Shown piece by piece: positions 13,697 to 25,141 of a stretch of DNA of 64,000 bases (its first letter is position 1; the number at the start of each line of letters is the position of its first letter). Below the pieces are notes generated by a model. That model was not told the DNA's origin. It ran no database searches and worked only from the letters and a program-made list of their open reading frames with translations. Source of the stretch: Octopus vulgaris (lineage: Eukaryota); NCBI GenBank assembly GCA_951406725.2, contig OX597823.1, positions 32,922,001 through 32,986,000 of the forward strand, written 5' to 3'. Position numbers and translations under genes: made by a program.

Positions 13697-14115
13697 CAGG
13701 CTGCCATGGGTAAATTGTCGGCATTTTATATTTTTAATTTCGCACATGTGCATTATTTGTCTTTGATTTTGTCAACTACACAGTATAGTAGGGTCAGTTG
13801 GATACCATATGTGAGAATAACAGCACCGTGATGCAATTCACTCTGCCAGAAATTTGGAAACAACATGTTGTGCTGCTTGGCATTCACTCCAAAAGCTCCA
13901 GTACAAACATTTCAGAGTGTTTGGGTGTCAATCTGAGGACAGTGCATGCACTGAGAATGATAAAAATCAAACATCCAATCAACATCATGGTGTTTGAAGA
14001 GATCACTAGTGATGACGACATTATGCCTCCATTCATCTTCCCACACTACCTCAGAATCAACATGGAGGCCTACATCAAGGCCTGGAGAAGATAGTGCTGC
14101 CCTGGGTCAAGAGGC
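13697..14115 (+). mobile_element. Internally deleted Tc1/maT-like DNA transposon
   Basis: Starts cag after an (AT) run; remnant HTH (NISECLGVNLRTV) fused to KHPINIMVF...MPPFIF; related 5' end at ~49156 and related transposase at 58200-58800 (-). Confidence 0.6.
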
Positions 14116-14161
14116 TGTAAATCGACTACGTGCATTTCGTGACAATATAAAGAAAAAAAAA

Positions 14162-14305
14162 GGCGGTGAGCTGGCTGAAATGTTAGCCTGCCAGGTGAAA
14201 TGCTTTGTGGTATTTTGTCTGCTGTTATGTTCTGAGTTCAAATTCCACTGAGGTTGACTTTGCCTTTCATCCTTTCAGGGTCGATAAATTAAGTACCAGT
14301 TACAT
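14162..14305 (+). mobile_element. SINE family B (tRNA-like head)
   Basis: ggcggtgagctggctgaaatgttagc...gagttcaaattcc...ttgcctttcatcctttcagggtcgataaattaagtaccag; further copies at ~24363, ~25180, ~35920, ~48089, ~54100. Confidence 0.8.
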
Positions 14306-15439
14306 ACTCATCATCATCATTGCTTAATGTCCACTTACTATGCTGGCATGGTTGGACAGTTTGACAGGAGCTAGTTAGGCAGAAGACTGAGCCAGGCTTC
14401 AGTGACTGTTTTGGCATAGTTTTTTACGGCTGAATGCCATTCCTAACACCAGCCACCCTGTTGCGTGGACTAAAAACTCAATCATTGCTGACTGGGTTTT
14501 TTTTTATGTGGCACCAAAAATGTAGCACCATTCACCCACACAAATAAAGTCTGCATTGTGTCTATGCAAAAGAAACCATACTCAGAAGTACAATTGTAGG
14601 AATAATCCCACTGCTATTCCCCAAATTTTGTTATGATTTGTTTCTGTTATGTTGTGGCTATACACGTCTGGTGTAAAATGGTATTACACAATTAGTTGGT
14701 TGTGGTTACCTAAAAATAACCTATCGCAGAAATGTATGTTAACACCGAATGCATTCCATGCTACTCAACCCTAGGTAAGATATTCAGCACTCACTGTTCA
14801 ACTACCGACTGTTAAACCAACACAGTCAAACTAACGCCTTCAACTACCCCCATTGACAGTTTACTCAGTTCTTATAATTGTAACTGGTTAGTCCACTTTC
14901 AGTCATGTGAGGGTGTTCAGGATTATCCCATAACAGTTTCCTTCTCTAAGCTATACATTAGATATTACAGGGATAACTTGGTAGCAGGGAGCATGATTTT
15001 GCATGGTTATAGACGTCCATGCAGTAAACAGCAGACAGACATACTCTTCAGCCTCCTACCCTTGACCCAGCAAAACAACTAGGATGTGACAGGTGTGAGG
15101 GAAGAACTCTGCACCATCATTTGAGGATTTTTTATTTATCTACCCCCAAAAAAGGTGAAAGGTCAAGCTGACTTCCATGGGATTTGAACTTAACCCATTA
15201 GCATTCAAAATTATTCTGTTAAATGTAATACATATTCATTCTCATTGCTTTGAAATGATGTTGCATTATCTTGTAACTTCAAGATTTTGATGATGTGATT
15301 GTTTATTTTTAGAATGACATTGTAGGTAGGTGTGAGAGGCTGGATCTGGCCAGTTTGAACATAAAATAAGTAGAATATTTGGGTCAGATACAGCCCCAGT
15401 TTAAATGCTACAAGGGAAGCCGAAGAAACAAAACAGTAC

Positions 15440-15494
<55 letters not shown>

Positions 15495-18400
15495 CATATA
15501 TGTGTGTGTATATATAATCTCACTTGGAAATGGATGCATGGTGTTCAATTAAATAATAATATAAATAATATATATATATGTATATATGCACACACACACA
15601 CATATATATACATACATGCATATATGGGTACAGGATGTAACCAACAGTAAACAGCATGAAGTACAAAGGCAAATGAGTTCAATATGCAAACAACAAGAGA
15701 AACAAATGGAAAACAGGACAAGTAACTTAAAGAACGACCCTTCATCAGTCGTAAGCTGTCTAACATTTACCATCCCTTTTCTATGCTGGCATGCATTTGA
15801 CAGTTTGCAAGAACCTCGAAAGCTGCAGGGCTGCACCAAGCTCCAGTGTCAGCTTTGATATGGTTTCTATAGCTGGATGTCTTTCCTAATGACCACCACT
15901 TTGCAGTGTATGTATATATGTATATGCTGCAGTTTGAGGCATCAACTGTTTACTCATGTCTTCAGTAGCCCACCCATCTACCAGCTCCTTTAAATAATCA
16001 GTCATTTATTTCATCTGAGTTATGTACCTTGCTAAGTTATACATAAAAGAGTAACATTGCCAAGTTGGACTAGAAGACGCACTATTAATATATTTTCATC
16101 TAATTAAACAATGTAAATGCTTTCACGTATACTTGTGAATGAACAATCATGGTTAACATCAATAATTTATCCAGTCAGAAAGAATAATTTCCCCCATTAG
16201 CCGTTCATTTGCTTATATCTACCACCAAACATTTATATAAACAGTGGTTCTAGCAACTGATACAAATGGTATGTTTGTATTAAATTTGGAAATAAAATAC
16301 AATCCTTAATTCTGATCAAAGTTGTTGACAGATGAGACAACAAATCTCGCACAGAAAGAACAATTTAAGTAGCAAAGAAGTTTAGAATGACTAAACTACT
16401 GGGGTTTTATAAGAACAGTATAACCAAGTTGAAACTAACTCTGCAAGGCACAATACTAAACACTGTTGTGCTGCAATATTTTATTGGAATTGTCAATTTC
16501 TGCAACAAGTGTTTTTAAAATAGTTGGACTGTGAAAAAACACACAAAATAAAACATTAAAAAGAGTGTGTGTGTGTAACTCATCATGGTGAGAATTATAT
16601 GCTGAGTTACTAATCTGATTTTAATTTCCATTGAGGATATTTGTTTGATCCTTTGATTCAAAATTTATGATCTCAAATCTGGTAACAAGTTATAAATACC
16701 CATCACACTGAATATGTTAAACAGAAATGGTCCTAATTCAGTTGCAGAGGCACCACCAAAGCAATATCTTTTTTCAGAGTAAGTCAGCCTAATGAGGTCT
16801 GGCTTTTCTCAATAAATACCTATTGGAGATGTTAAATTCTGCATTGCTACTCAAGCCTTTCACATTACCTGTGTGATTTTCAAAATAATCAAGAATTGGA
16901 AGTAATCTAGTAAAATAACTTTTTCAGAATGCAGGAAAATCTTTTTAAAACCTTTATATTTTGAGTGCAAACACCCATCTTCAGAAGAATGCAGGCAAGG
17001 AAATGTATATATACATAGATCCTGTTATTTTTATCAAGTATATAAAACATCCTCTAACAAAAAGTTCTAACATAAAATTCTGATAGAAAGTTTAAACAAG
17101 ATTTTTTATGATAGAACCAGAGGTGATTTCAGATATGTTATTGTTATCATCAACAGCAGCAACAACAAAAAAGTTTAATCAAAGACAAGGCTATTTTACT
17201 GTGAATCATTTCTACATTGCAGTTCATATACACATCTGAATAAAGTGAGGCATCTCAGGCTTAGATGTGATGGTCATATGATGCAGTACTAAGATATAAC
17301 CAGCTGGAACTCTGAGTTTCTTGTCTTGTACCCTTTACACTCAGCCAGTTACACTTCTTGCTGTTACCTTACAGATGAGTAAACAGTATGTTAAGTAGGT
17401 CTCTACTAACTGTGAAGTACTAATTACAACAAAACTTGCTAATTCTAAAATGTACAAAAGCATGCAACAAATACTTGTATGTGAGGAATCCTATTCACAT
17501 GTGAACATGTATTTGTGTCTAAAGGCACAAATGTGTGTGTGTGAGTAAATACATAGTTGAATCTAATTATCCTGAACAGCAGATAATACAATTATCAGGA
17601 GATTTTGCAAAAAAGATTAATACCACAATGGCTATTTGCTCATCATATCTATAACACATATGTAATCGAATTTTAAATATTCTAATGTTTTAATTAACCA
17701 AATAAATTGCATCATTATTGTGTAAAAAGTACTTGTTTAAATACAATGTTTCTTGCTGAACATTTTTTCTTTTTCTTTTTGGTCATGGAAAACAGAGAGA
17801 AATGATGTCCGTGATAGAATATTAATAGAATATTTTGGTCAGTTTAGAGTGGGCCTACGTATCTGACAAAGTAGTGAAAACCATATTTATTATAGGAGAA
17901 GGAATGCGGTTCAAAGTAGATTTTGAAATAACATGAATGAACATTTTAAAATATTTTTTTAGTTGAAGAGGGTAAAGAAACAATTATCTAAATTTTTTTT
18001 TTTTATTTATTAATCCATAACTACTGAGTCCTCTTTTCTCTTCTAATTTTGATCCTGTTTAATGGGTAACGGATTTTCCCCTTTTTAAATGTTGAGGGTT
18101 TTTTGGGGTTTTTTTTACTTGCTAAGCACTGAGATTTAATATTTCAGCAGAGAGAAATCCTAAATTCATACGATTTATGATTTTCTCGTCAAGGTGAAAA
18201 CTAAAACGAAGGAGATTGTTCTGATCAAGAATTGAAATATCAGTTTACAAGTTCAACCCACCTATTTTTAGACAAAGTAGTCGGAGCACTGCATCCTTCA
18301 AAACTTCCATACTTCCTGAGATTCACCAACACTACACCTGATTTTCTCCACTCCATACACATGCAATCTGACTCATATACTGTTCACTTTCCAGACATTT

Positions 18401-19410
18401 ATACATTACTGCATATGCTTTATATGCACTTTTGACAAGTTGTGGTGCACCTGAGCACTGTATACAATAATTTCATTATTATTATTTTTATGATAGATAC
18501 AACTTTACCACTGAAGGCAGTGGGAGCCATGTGTAACTAACGAGTATTTAGTTAACATGCAATGTTAATTTCAAGCTGATTTCCTATGGTGGGCTGATCA
18601 AGACAATACTTCTCCACTTTATTTTCTCAAATATATACAAGAACTTGTAGGATCACAGACAGTTCGATCTAAAAACAACACCAACGGTATAAAATAAGTG
18701 AAAAATGAAGAAATTGTGTGTAAGTTTTGAAATTTTTTCTTTGGTAATTCATATTAACATTTTGAAAACATGTTCCTAGTATGTCAGGTTTTCTGTTTAG
18801 ATACTTTTTGCGTCTGCTATTTTATAATTCTATGCATGCGTGAAACATTAGTAGAGAAAACACTTTAATTTCAAAAGTAGTCTCCTTTAGAGAGACTTAG
18901 AAATTTTAATATTTCTACTTTAATTTCACTTTTTGTCATAGGGCGGATGGGAAGGGGTGTTTATTTTTTTGAAAAATTGAAATTTTACGAATTTTCTTTT
19001 CAGAATCATAATCTCCGTATTTTTCTACATATTTTGCCCAAAAGAATTTTTTTTAAAAAGTGAAAATTTAAGAAACTGATGAGGGAGGGGGAGATATAAA
19101 TTTTTTAATGTTTTTTTTTCTTTTGCAGTTTCGGACTCTCTGCTCTCGATATTGTGTGTTCTTGTAAAAAAAAAAATCCCAAAGCGGGTGCGGTCTATGA
19201 TCTTTACCTCCGCCCAAATGTCGATATATTGTTAGTCATAATGTCTGGTTCACATATTGTAAATACGAAAGTAACAACAAATATTTAAAGGAAATTATAC
19301 ATTTGATTTAGTCAGTTAGAATTATCACCCCCTGGCCATATTGAAAGCGAGGCGAAGAAATAAGGCGCGAGATTTAATTCCTTCTAGTTTTTGCAATTCT
19401 TTGTTCTAAT

Positions 19411-20481
19411 ATGGCCAAAGTTAAAGCTGCTAAAGGTTATAAACACGCTGAGGTGTTCCCTATGTCAGAGATCTTGAAGTCTGCAGATAAAAAGAAAGAA
19501 TATTCCCTTGTAAAACTAATTGGTTTCGGCGGTTTTGGTTTAATTTACACAGCCAGACAGGTTGGTTGTTCGCCGGACGAAGAATATGTTGCTAAAGTCG
19601 AACCCATTGGTAACGGTCCACTCTTTAACGAATTCCATGCTTTACAGAAGATTGCTAGACCAAATCTTATACAAGATTATCTAAAAGGTAAACGTTTGAC
19701 TCATCTTGCCATACCGGAATTCATAGCAAACGGCGTACATGAATATAAAGGCGTTCAGTATCGTTTCATAATCATACCTAGATTAGGAATCGATTTGCAA
19801 AAGGTTTTAGAATATAATGGATCTCATCTCGACGAATCTACAGTTTATTGTGTTGCCAAACAAATGATAGATGCTTTAGAGTGTATCCACCACCATGGCT
19901 ACGCCCACGCCGACCTGAAAGCCGGTAACATTTTATTTGCTGCAGACAGTAATAAAATAGATAAGGTGTATCTGATAGACTATGGTCTGGCTTCGAAGAT
20001 ATTTATAGATAAGAAACACAAGGTGTATAAACCAGAGAAGAAGAATGCTCACAATGGAACGTTGTTGTATACCAGTCTAGATGCGCATGAAGGTGCTAAT
20101 CCATCCCGAAGAGGAGATTTACAAATTCTGGGATTCTGTATGTATGAATGGCTTACAGGGAGTTTACCTTGGAAGAAATACTCGGAAAATAAAGAACAAG
20201 TGAAACATGAGAAGGAAGTGCTTTTACAGAATCTTTCGAAAATTCCATTTGAAACTTTAAGAACTTACTTCAAAACTATTGAAAAACTAAAATACGATGA
20301 ACAACCAAACTATGAAAAGTTACAATGTCTATTCCAGGATGCTTTAAAAAAACATGGTAAAGGTGGGAAATTGCTGATTCCACCAGGTAAACCGTTGGAA
20401 ATAATTTCCAACACTAAAACTGCACCGAAACGAGGTATTCCTCGTTCTAAAGTTATTTCGAAACGCAAAAAACTTGAATAA
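19411..20481 (+). CDS. Intronless VRK1-like (vaccinia-related) Ser/Thr kinase, copy A, 356 aa
   Basis: IGFGGFG Gly loop, VAKVEPIGNGPLF, HADLKAGN catalytic loop, VYLIDYGLA, HNGTLLYTSLDAHEG, PSRRGDL, WLTGSLPW: diagnostic VRK/CK1-group motifs, all intact; single ORF; basic C-tail; AATAAA overlaps the stop. Confidence 0.93.
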   Translation: MAKVKAAKGYKHAEVFPMSEILKSADKKKEYSLVKLIGFGGFGLIYTARQVGCSPDEEYVAKVEPIGNGPLFNEFHALQKIARPNLIQDYLKGKRLTHLAIPEFIANGVHEYKGVQYRFIIIPRLGIDLQKVLEYNGSHLDESTVYCVAKQMIDALECIHHHGYAHADLKAGNILFAADSNKIDKVYLIDYGLASKIFIDKKHKVYKPEKKNAHNGTLLYTSLDAHEGANPSRRGDLQILGFCMYEWLTGSLPWKKYSENKEQVKHEKEVLLQNLSKIPFETLRTYFKTIEKLKYDEQPNYEKLQCLFQDALKKHGKGGKLLIPPGKPLEIISNTKTAPKRGIPRSKVISKRKKLE

Positions 20482-21789
20482 AATAGGTAGAATCATTTAA
20501 TTGCCAGTATCTTAACACTTATCATCACATCTTTGAAGACAGTACTCTAGCATGGCCTTAGCTATAGTTGCCTTTTTTTTTTTTTTCTTTTTTTGCATTA
20601 TCATTATTTCTACTGTTTAGGTATGTCCCTCTGCCTTCTAAGTTAAAATCCCGCCAAAGTAAATTGTCTTTCATTATTTCGGAGATCAATAGAATAAATA
20701 CCTGTCAAGTACTTGATTGGTACAATTGACTGTATCCTTTCTTGAAATAATAAAAATATTAACTATTTTCGGTTGTTTAGTAGAAACAGTAGGCTCATGA
20801 ACTAAATATTTTATTACATTTAAATCTTTTACTTTCTTAATTCAAATCCCAGTTGTTTCATGTTGATTTCATCCCTCCTTTAATTAGTTTGTGACTTCAA
20901 GCCTACTGACGATAAAATTTAAAAGCGGCCGTTTATTCTAGTCCCCTCCTTAATAGCTTTCAACCTTCAGGACATAACACAGATAGCAATAATATTGTGT
21001 AACAGTTTGTCCCCTAAAAATCTAAGTTTATATTTGTGGAAGCAATTGTTACCGTTGAAGATTGTGAGGTCAACTTTTCCATTCATCCTTTCGGAATTGA
21101 ATTGATGTAAACGACCAGCCTCTGTCCCCCCAAAATTTAGGCTTTCTTCCTGTAGTAAAGAAATTTATTATGTTTATTGTTGTCGCAGACACGCTACAAA
21201 TATTTGCTGAAACTACGCATTTAATGTCGCTTGACACTTTGTATCGAGGAACTCAACGAACTTTTTTTTTTCCCCCCTTCACAGACATTCGGTGTAATGT
21301 TTATCGCCGATGTTTGACTTTATATCCGAACTATTTGGATTTGAAAACCTAATTTGTTGTCTATTTCTTAACATCTTTTAAAGATAAATAAATATATTCC
21401 ATTTCTGTATTGATTTGGGTAAATTGCTGCCCATTTTGTTTTATTTAATCGCATTGACGGGACAGCAACAGGTCCTTTCTAAGTGTTGTTTTGGCAAACG
21501 ATTATCAGTGATTTCTTTGTATAAAAGTATATATAAATTGCCTCCTTTGTTTACATTTTAAAGTTTTTATCTATGTTCAATATCAGTTTTGTTTGAAGAG
21601 CGAAGGATCAATACTTTTATTTTCGCTCTTTACTAAACCCCTAACAATTTTGAAGCTTTATAATTGAGTAGAAATTTATAACCCGCTTTATTAGAAAATG
21701 GCGAAGAAATATTTCAACCGTGAGCATTGCAAACAACATATCGTTTAATATATAAGGGTTAATATAGGGCGTAACAAATATCAGAAAAT

Positions 21790-22272
21790 CAAAAAAAAAA
21801 TGTGTGTAATATGTGTAAAACAACTTCCTATGAACGAATATGAAAAAAAAAAATTCGCGCACGCGAAAGGTGGGTGGGGGAGAGGCCTCGGAAAATTCAC
21901 ATCGGGAAGTTCCGAAAGCGTCTGAGGGGCTGACCCGGGCACCAAAACAAAAAAAAAATAGTGTAATATGTGTAAAACAACTTGCTCTAAACGAATATGA
22001 AAAAAAAAATGCGCTCTCGAGAAAGAGGGGTGGGGGGAGGCCTCGGAATATTTATATCGGGAATTTCCGAAAGCGTCTGAACCGGGCACAAAAGCAAAAA
22101 CAGCGTAATAGGTGTAAAACAACTTGCTCTAAACGACTATCATGAAAAAAATGCGCGCTCGCGAAAGGGAGGTGGGGGAGAGGCTTCGGAAATTTCACAT
22201 CTTCAGTCCACGGCCTTTAAACTAAGAAAAAATAGTGTAATTGGTGTAAAACTACTTGTTCTAAACGAGTAT
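21790..22272 (+). repeat. Diverged tandem repeat, ~130-160 bp unit, about 3.3 copies
   Basis: gtgtaaaacaactt...aaacga recurs at ~21812, ~21970, ~22112, ~22243, the first three followed by cgcgaaagg-G-run-aggcctcggaa. Confidence 0.85.
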
Positions 22273-23337
22273 CAAGAACACACACTCACACATGAATCAT
22301 AAACTCCGTATTTCGCAAAAAAAAAAATAAAGAGAAGAAATTCTGGAAAAAGTGAAGAAATGTTGGATCTCCGCCATGTGAATCAAAATACGTGTCAGAA
22401 ACATCTTGAAATACTACAGAAATTATGTTACGAAAATGATAATGTATACATACCTCTTTGAGTGGTCCATCGATAATGATGATAAAGAAATGAGTTGGAT
22501 TTGAACTCAGAATATTGACTAACACAACTACATACTACAAGACTCAAAATATTCAGCCAAGTCACCACCCTTTAACTAGCAATAATAACATAACAGCCAA
22601 AAGATTTATTTGTTCTGAAAATAACAATCATAGTAAATAAATATGTTCTTTAATATTCACATTCATGTGCACAGTTAAACACACTTACATACAAACAGTC
22701 ACGCATGCATAATACAGAACGGAACACATAAATGAAGGATGCATTACTTAGTATATAGAGAATTTTGATTAATAAGTCAAATATGCAAATTATAAAGATA
22801 ATTAATTGCTTTACTAAACAGTGTTGTAAAGGTGAAAAAATAAATTTGGGAAAAAAATACACGCCAAAACTAATTAATAAAGGATAATTAGGGAAGGATT
22901 GACACAAAATAATAATTTTTTCTGTCTCTTTTTTTCTGATAAATGCATCTTAATAAGTGAGAATTGCATATATCTGAACTATTTCAAAGAAAAGCATAAA
23001 TTTAATGTTTAAAATAGCTTTAACCAAGGAATGAGATCCAACATTTCTTCACTTTTTCCAGAATTTCTTCTCTTTATTTTTTTTTTTTTGCGAAATACGG
23101 AGTTTATGATTCATGTGTGAGTGTGTGTTCTTGATACTCGTTTAGAACAAGTAGTTTTACACCAATTACACTATTTTTTCTTAGTTTAAAGGCCGTGGAC
23201 TGAAGATGTGAAATTTCTGAAGCCTCTCCCCCACCCCCTTTCGCGAGCGCGCAATTTTTTTCATGATAGTCGTTTAGAGCAAGTTATTTTACACCTATTA
23301 CGCTGTTTTTGTTTTTGTGCCCGGTTCAGACGCTTTC
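22069..23337. repeat. Large inverted repeat: arms 22069-22371 and 23033-23337, ~660 bp AT-rich spacer
   Basis: Arms are reverse complements with only a handful of mismatches (gaaagcgtctgaaccgggcac...gaaatgttggatctc). Confidence 0.93.
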
Positions 23338-23715
23338 ATACATTTTATAAATATTAGAAATTGTTGTAAAATAGTATTTTATGATTTGGTTCGATTTACA
23401 AATTATGCTTTCAAATTTTCGCATTTGCACAGTTCAATTAGTATTCAAATTTTAAGAAATTAGTAACTTTCTCCAATTTACCTTGTTATTGTATTTTTAA
23501 TACTAAAGCTTATTAGTTGTATAATAACGTATGACTAATTAGAAAAGTTAACTCGTAGCTGAAAGTATTCGGATTAATGGCATCTAAACAGAAAGAAGAA
23601 CCCTCGGCGCATCGACGTTTTGCGAAATTGTCGATGTAACAATATCACATCCCCTCTGCTTCACTTTACCTGTCGGAATCTTTTAAATTCTACCTCGAGG
23701 GTAACTCTACAGGAA

Positions 23716-25141
23716 TTTAAATTTTGTTTAAAAAGATTCTTGATGCGAAAGCGTGTATTGAGACAAATTTTATATATCGGGAGAATCATTATGGCAACGA
23801 TAAACAGATGCACTGGTTCTATTTCACGTTTATTAGTTCACCTTTTAATCCAATTAATCGATTATTTGCTTAATGCTTCAGTCAATCAAAGTTCTTTCGT
23901 CTTCATTCGTAACCTCCTCATTGACATACTTTCTGCTACATCAGGTGAGGCAGACCTGGAGTAGGAAGGCATGACATTGATGAGTCACGAATCAAAGAAT
24001 CGTTTAGTTGACAAGTTTATTAATAATAATAAAAAGAAGTGATATATAACCAGTGCATGTATTTATTACAAAATGACCCTCCTGGAATTCAAAATTTCGT
24101 CTTACTTCCACCAGTTAATTTTCCGGTATCCTTTAGCTCCTGTGCTTAATAGATTATTATGGAAGTCTTTCAACTTATGATCTCCAATCGAAAATGGAAA
24201 AATTATCAAACAACTGGCATTGATATTTTGGAAAAAAAAACTTTCAGAATATTGTAAATCCTGTATTATTAAGTGTGGAATTCCTTCCAAAAAAGAATTT
24301 AAGAAAAAAAAAGGTAAAGACAATGGATTGGGTGATAAGAAATTTGGAAAGCATTTATTATTGGTGAGCTGGCAGAATTGCTAGCATGCTAAGCAACATT
24401 TCTTCCAACTCTATATTCTGTGTTCAAACCCCATCAAGGTCAACTTTGCTTGTTGTCCTTTCAGGGGTTGATAAAATAGAGTACAATTTAAGTACTGGGG
24501 TCAGTGTAATCAACTTGTTCCGTCCTCTCAAAATGTACTGCTCTAGTACCAAAATTAAAGACTTTAACTGTTGCAAAATAGCAATCTCTGTTGTTGAATA
24601 CTTAGGGTAGGATCCAAAGAAATTTTCTTTGGTGGTGGGGTGGGTAGAGAAATGTAGCTATTCAACATACCCTTCTGGGCATTGCTGAAGATCTCAATTT
24701 GAGATCATAAGTTGAAAGACTTCCATAATCTATTAAGCACAGGAGCTAAAGAATACCGGGAAATTAACTGGTAGAGATAAGTCAAAATTTTGTATTTCAG
24801 GAAGGTTATTTTGTTAGTAATAAAAACATGCACTGGTTATATATCACTTCTTTTATTATTAATAAATGTGTCGACTACACGATTCTTTGATTTGTGACTC
24901 ATCAATGTCATGTCTTCCTACTCCAAGTCTGCCTCACCCGAAGTTGCGAATGAAGATGAAAGAACTTTGATTGACTGAAGCATTAATCAAATAATTGATT
25001 AATTGGATTAAAAGGTGAACTAATAAACATGAAATAGAACCAGTGCATCTGTTTATCGTTGCCATAATGATTCTCCCAATATATAAAATTTGTCTCAATA
25101 CACTCTTTTGCATCAAGAATCTTGCTAAACAAAAATTAAAT
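23716..25141. repeat. Large inverted repeat: arms ~23716-24184 and ~24701-25141
   Basis: Arms are reverse complements; the ORF track shows the same peptide (RQILYIGRIIMATINRCTGSIS) on + at 23620 and on - at 25116; a third partial copy at ~35594-35880. Confidence 0.9.

Noticed and set aside
16000-19100. Possible exons of an unrecognised gene; acceptor-like ttttgcag at 19128 upstream of kinase A
   Set aside because: No convincing ORF or splice chain can be supported without transcript data.
19411-20481. Endogenous poxvirus/iridovirus (B1R-like kinase)
   Set aside because: No other viral hallmark ORFs and a cellular-type VRK1 N-terminus; kept only as an alternative to test by phylogeny.
21790-22272. 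Repeat-spacer-like pattern
   Set aside because: The whole unit is homologous between copies; a diverged tandem repeat, not CRISPR.
23620-23964. 114-aa ORF seen in three copies
   Set aside because: Recurrence is explained by the inverted and segmental duplications; other copies are truncated and I recognise no domain.
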